This document shows, piece after piece, positions 60,225 through 64,000 of a stretch of DNA of 64,000 bases. The stretch's first letter is position 1. Every line of letters begins with the position of its first letter. The position numbers and the translations under genes are program-made. This stretch comes from Mobula hypostoma (Eukaryota), in NCBI RefSeq assembly GCF_963921235.1, contig NC_086097.1:184080001-184144000 (forward strand), read 5' to 3'. The notes beneath the pieces were generated by a model. That model did not search any database. It was not told where the DNA came from and saw only the letters and a list, made by a program, of their open reading frames with translations.

Positions 60225-62657
60225 GCAGGATAGATTAGTGGATTCGTCTAGAGAGGCTACTTGGGGAGAATTGAGGATAGGAAAGGTGTAGTGATGCTTG
60301 TAGGGGTGTATTATAGACCACCTAATAGGGACCCAGAATTGGAGGAGCAAATTTTTAAGGAGATAGTAGATATTTGTAGTAAGCACAAGGCTGTGATTGT
60401 GGGAGGTTTTAATTTTCCACACATAGACTGGGAAGCCCATTCTGTAAAAGGGCTGGATGGTTTGGAGTTTGTCAAATGTGTGCAAGATAGTTTTTTGCTG
60501 CAATACATAGAGGTACCAACTAGAGAAGAGGCAGTGTTGGATCTCCTGTTAGGGAGTGAGATAGGTCAGGTGACAGAGGTACGTGTTGGGGAGCATTTCG
60601 GTTCCAGTGATCACAATACCATTAGTTTCAATATAATTATGGAGAAGGATAGGACTGGACCCAGGGCTGAGATTTTTGATTGGAGAATGGCTAATTTTGA
60701 GGAGATGCGAAAGAATTTAGAAGGAGTGGATTGGAACAACTTGTTCTATGGGAAGGATGTAATAGAGAAATGGAGGTCGTTTAAAGATGAAATTTTGAGG
60801 GTACAGGATCTTTATGTTCCTGTTAGGTTGAAAGGAAAGGTTAAAAGTTTGAGAGAGCCATGGTTTTCAAGGGATATTGGAAACTTGGTTTGGGAAAAAA
60901 AGAGGGATTTACAATAAATATAGGCAGCTTGGAGTTAATGAGGTGCTCGAGGAATATAAAGAATGTAAAAAGAATCTTAAGAAAGAAATTAGAAAAGCTA
61001 AAAGAAGATACGAGGCTGCTTTGGCAAGTAAGGTGAAAATAAATCCAAATGGTTTCTACAGTTATATTAATAGCAAAAGGATAGTGAGGGATAAAATTTG
61101 TCCCTTACAGAATCAGAGTGGACGGCTATGTGCGGAGCCAAATGAGATGGGGGAGATTTTGAACAATTTCTTTTCTTTGGTATTCACTAAGAGGAAAGAT
61201 ATTGAATTATGTAAGGCAAAGGAAACAAGAAGGGTAGTTATGGAAAGTATTACAATTAAAGAAGAAGAAGTACTGGCACTTTTAAGGAATATAAAAGTGA
61301 TTGATGGAAAGTATTCTTAGAGATGGTATATAGGATTATCTGGATAGACAGGGTCTGATCAGGAACAGTCAACATGGATTTGTGCGTGGAAGGTCATGTT
61401 TGATAAATCTTACTGAAGTTTTTGATGAGGTTACTAGGAAAGTTGACGAGGGTAAAGCGGTGGATGTTGTCTATATGGACTTCAGTAAGGCCTTTGACGA
61501 GGTTCCACAGGGAAGGTTAATTAGGAAGGTTCAATCGTTAGGTATTAATATCAAAGTAGTAAAATGGATTCAGAGGTGGCTGGATGGGAGACGCCAGAGA
61601 GTAGTGGTGGATAACTGTGTGTCAGATTGGAGGATGGTGTGTAGTGGTGTGCCTCAGGGATCTGTACTGGGTCCAATGTTGTTTGTCATATATATTAATG
61701 ATCTGGGTGATGGGGTGGTAAATTGGATGAGTAAGTATGCAGAGGATACTAAGATAGGTGGAGTTGTGGATAATGAAGTAGGTTTTCAAAGCTTGCAGAG
61801 AGATTTAGGCCAGTTAGAAGAGTGGGCTGAAAGATGGCAGATGGAGTTTAATGCTGATAAATGTGAGGTGCTACATTTTGGTAGGACTAGTCAAAATAGG
61901 ACATACATGGTAAATGGTAGAGCATTGAAGAATGCTGTAGAACAGAGCGATCTAGGAATAATGGTGCATAGTTCCTTGAAGGTGGAATCTCATGTGGATA
62001 GGGTGGTGAAGAAATCTTTTGGTATGCTGGCCTTTATAAATCAGAGCATTGAGTATAGGAGTTGGGATGTAATGTTGAAATTGTATAAGGCATTGGTAAG
62101 GCCAAATTTGGAGTATTGTGTACAGTTCTGGTCACCGAATTATAGGAAAGATGTCAATAAAATTGAGCGAGTACAGAGGAGATTTATTAGAATGTTGCCT
62201 GGGTTTCATTTCCTAAGTTACAGAGAAAGGTTAACAAGTTTGGTCTTTATTCTTTGGAATGTAGAAGGTTGAGGGGGGACTTGATAGAGGTGTTTAAAAT
62301 TCTGAGGGGGATTGATAGAGTAGACGTGGATAGGCTTTTTCTATTGAGAGTGGGGGAGATTCAAACAAGAGGACATGAGTTGAGAGTTAAAGGGCAAAAG
62401 TTTAGGGGTAACATGAGGGGGAACCTCTTTACTCAGAGAGTGGTAGCTGTGTGGAACGAGCTTCCAGCGGACGTGGTTGAGGCAGGTTCGATGTTGTCGT
62501 TTAAAGTTAAATTGGATAGCTATATGGACAGGAAAGGAATGGAGGGTTATGGGCTGAGTGCAGTTCGGTAGGACTAGGTGAGAGTAAGAGTTCGGCATGG
62601 ACTAGAAGGGCCGAGATGGCCTGTTTCCGTGCTGTAATTGTTATATGGTTATATAGT
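60225..62657 (+). mobile_element. 5'-truncated CR1 related to 29953-33020, with an internal deletion near 61298
   Basis: APE 3' half, RT YMDFSKAFDEV / YAEDTK, tail gttatatggttata. Confidence 0.92.
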
Positions 62658-62859
62658 TATTTCTCTATTAATTCACATCTACTAACTGAGGCATTGGCAC
62701 CCTTATTAACACATGGTGTCCAGAATTGGCAAAGACCTAACAGAAACAGACATAGAGTTGTATGCACAGAAACAGGCCCTTTGGGCCACAGTTTCCATGA
62801 CAACCTTTTTCGGCCACCCACATTAATGCCATTTACTCTCCTGTTACATCAACAGTGCT

Positions 62860-63445
62860 AAAATCAAGGGGGTTGAAAGCTGCAGGTTGCAAGAAATAAA
62901 CATCACCAATAGCCTGCCCTGGTTCAACCACATGATGCCATGGCAAAAAACTCTCTATTTCCTCAGGTAGCCAAAGAAATGAGGCATGTCGTTTTTGACC
63001 CTCATCAATTTGTATTGATGCAACATAGAAAACAGCCTATCCAGATTCATCACGGCTTTGTATGGCGGCTGATCCGCCCGCAACTACAGAGAGTTGTGGA
63101 CACAGCTCAGCACAGCGTTGATATCTGCCTCCCCTCCGTGTACTCTCTCTATACTTCTTGTAGCCTCGGCAAAGCAGCCAACTTAATCAAAGACCGCAGC
63201 TACCTTAGACATTCTGGCTTCTCCTCCATCCCGTCACGTACCACCACGCTCAAGGACAGCTTTTCTGCCTCTGTTATAAGTCAATTGAACAATCTCCTAG
63301 GATTATCCTCTTGATCTCATAAACTACCTCATTATGGCCTTACACATCATTGTCTGGCTGCTCTGTACTTTTTCTGTAACTGTAACACTATTCTGCATTC
63401 CGATATTGTTTTCCTTTATACTACTTCAATGCATCGATTTATCTC
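62860..63445 (+). mobile_element. Old Rex1/Babar-like 3' fragment
   Basis: LQRVVDTAQH..LPSV..KAANLIKD. Confidence 0.7.
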
Positions 63446-63529
63446 TGGTTGCTAGTGCGGTTCCCCTTTAAGACAGTGGAAGCGAGGATGTGTATGGGTT
63501 TATATCTTCATTTAAGGAGAAGAGGTTCC

Positions 63530-64000
63530 TGACTTCACTACCATCTATTCTGCAGGCAGTCATATAGTCTCTGGTAAATAAAATCGAAGACCTCAGAGGA
63601 AGATTGCTGTACCAGATGGACATCAGGGTCTGTTGTGTTTATTGCTTTACGGAGACTTGGACATTCCCAGCCTTTCCAGATGCAGCGACACAGCTTGCTG
63701 GCTTCATGATTCACTGCCAAGATAGGATTGCTGAGTCTTTCAAAGGTGGAGTATGCTTTATGATTAACTCCTTGTGGTGCACAAACATGGCGGTTCTGTT
63801 CCAGTCCTGCTTGCTCAATCTGGAACATATCATGATCAAGTGTCATCCATTTTATATGCCACAGGAGTTTGCAGCTATCTTTTTGGTAGCAGTCTACATC
63901 CCACCTCAGGCCCATGTCAAACAGGCTCTAAACGAACTAAGTGACCTAATCAACAAGTATGGAACAGAGCACTGTGATGCCTTCCCCATCATTTTGGAGG
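63530..64000 (+). mobile_element. Rex1/Babar-like APE endonuclease region; runs off window end
   Basis: CFTETW, GGVCFMINSLWC, IKCHPFYMPQEF..AVYIPPQA. Confidence 0.8.

Overview
Eukaryotic vertebrate DNA dominated by nested transposable elements. The repeat mix (CR1 LINEs, V-SINEs, Penelope pLTRs) suggests a cartilaginous fish, probably a ray (inference). Elements seen: several CR1 families, one copy with an uninterrupted 971-aa ORF2 at 9167-12082; Rex1/Babar-like LINE fragments; a Hero-clade RLE LINE nested in a deleted Mag/Gypsy element; solo LTRs; two hAT elements with perfect 8-bp TSDs; Tc1/Tigger remnants; Penelope pLTR insertions carrying minimal hammerhead ribozyme motifs. Between the repeats I reconstruct by eye the 3' exons of two convergent, unidentified host genes (3 exons on +, 4 on -) whose stops are 861 bp apart. 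Top observations: (1) an in-phase G GGU UUA AAC slippery site at the ORF1/ORF2 junction of four diverged CR1 copies, with ORF2 in the -1 frame and usually no AUG, suggesting programmed -1 frameshifting; (2) hammerhead motifs in inverted pLTR cassettes; (3) the two hidden genes. Boundaries of old repeats are approximate.
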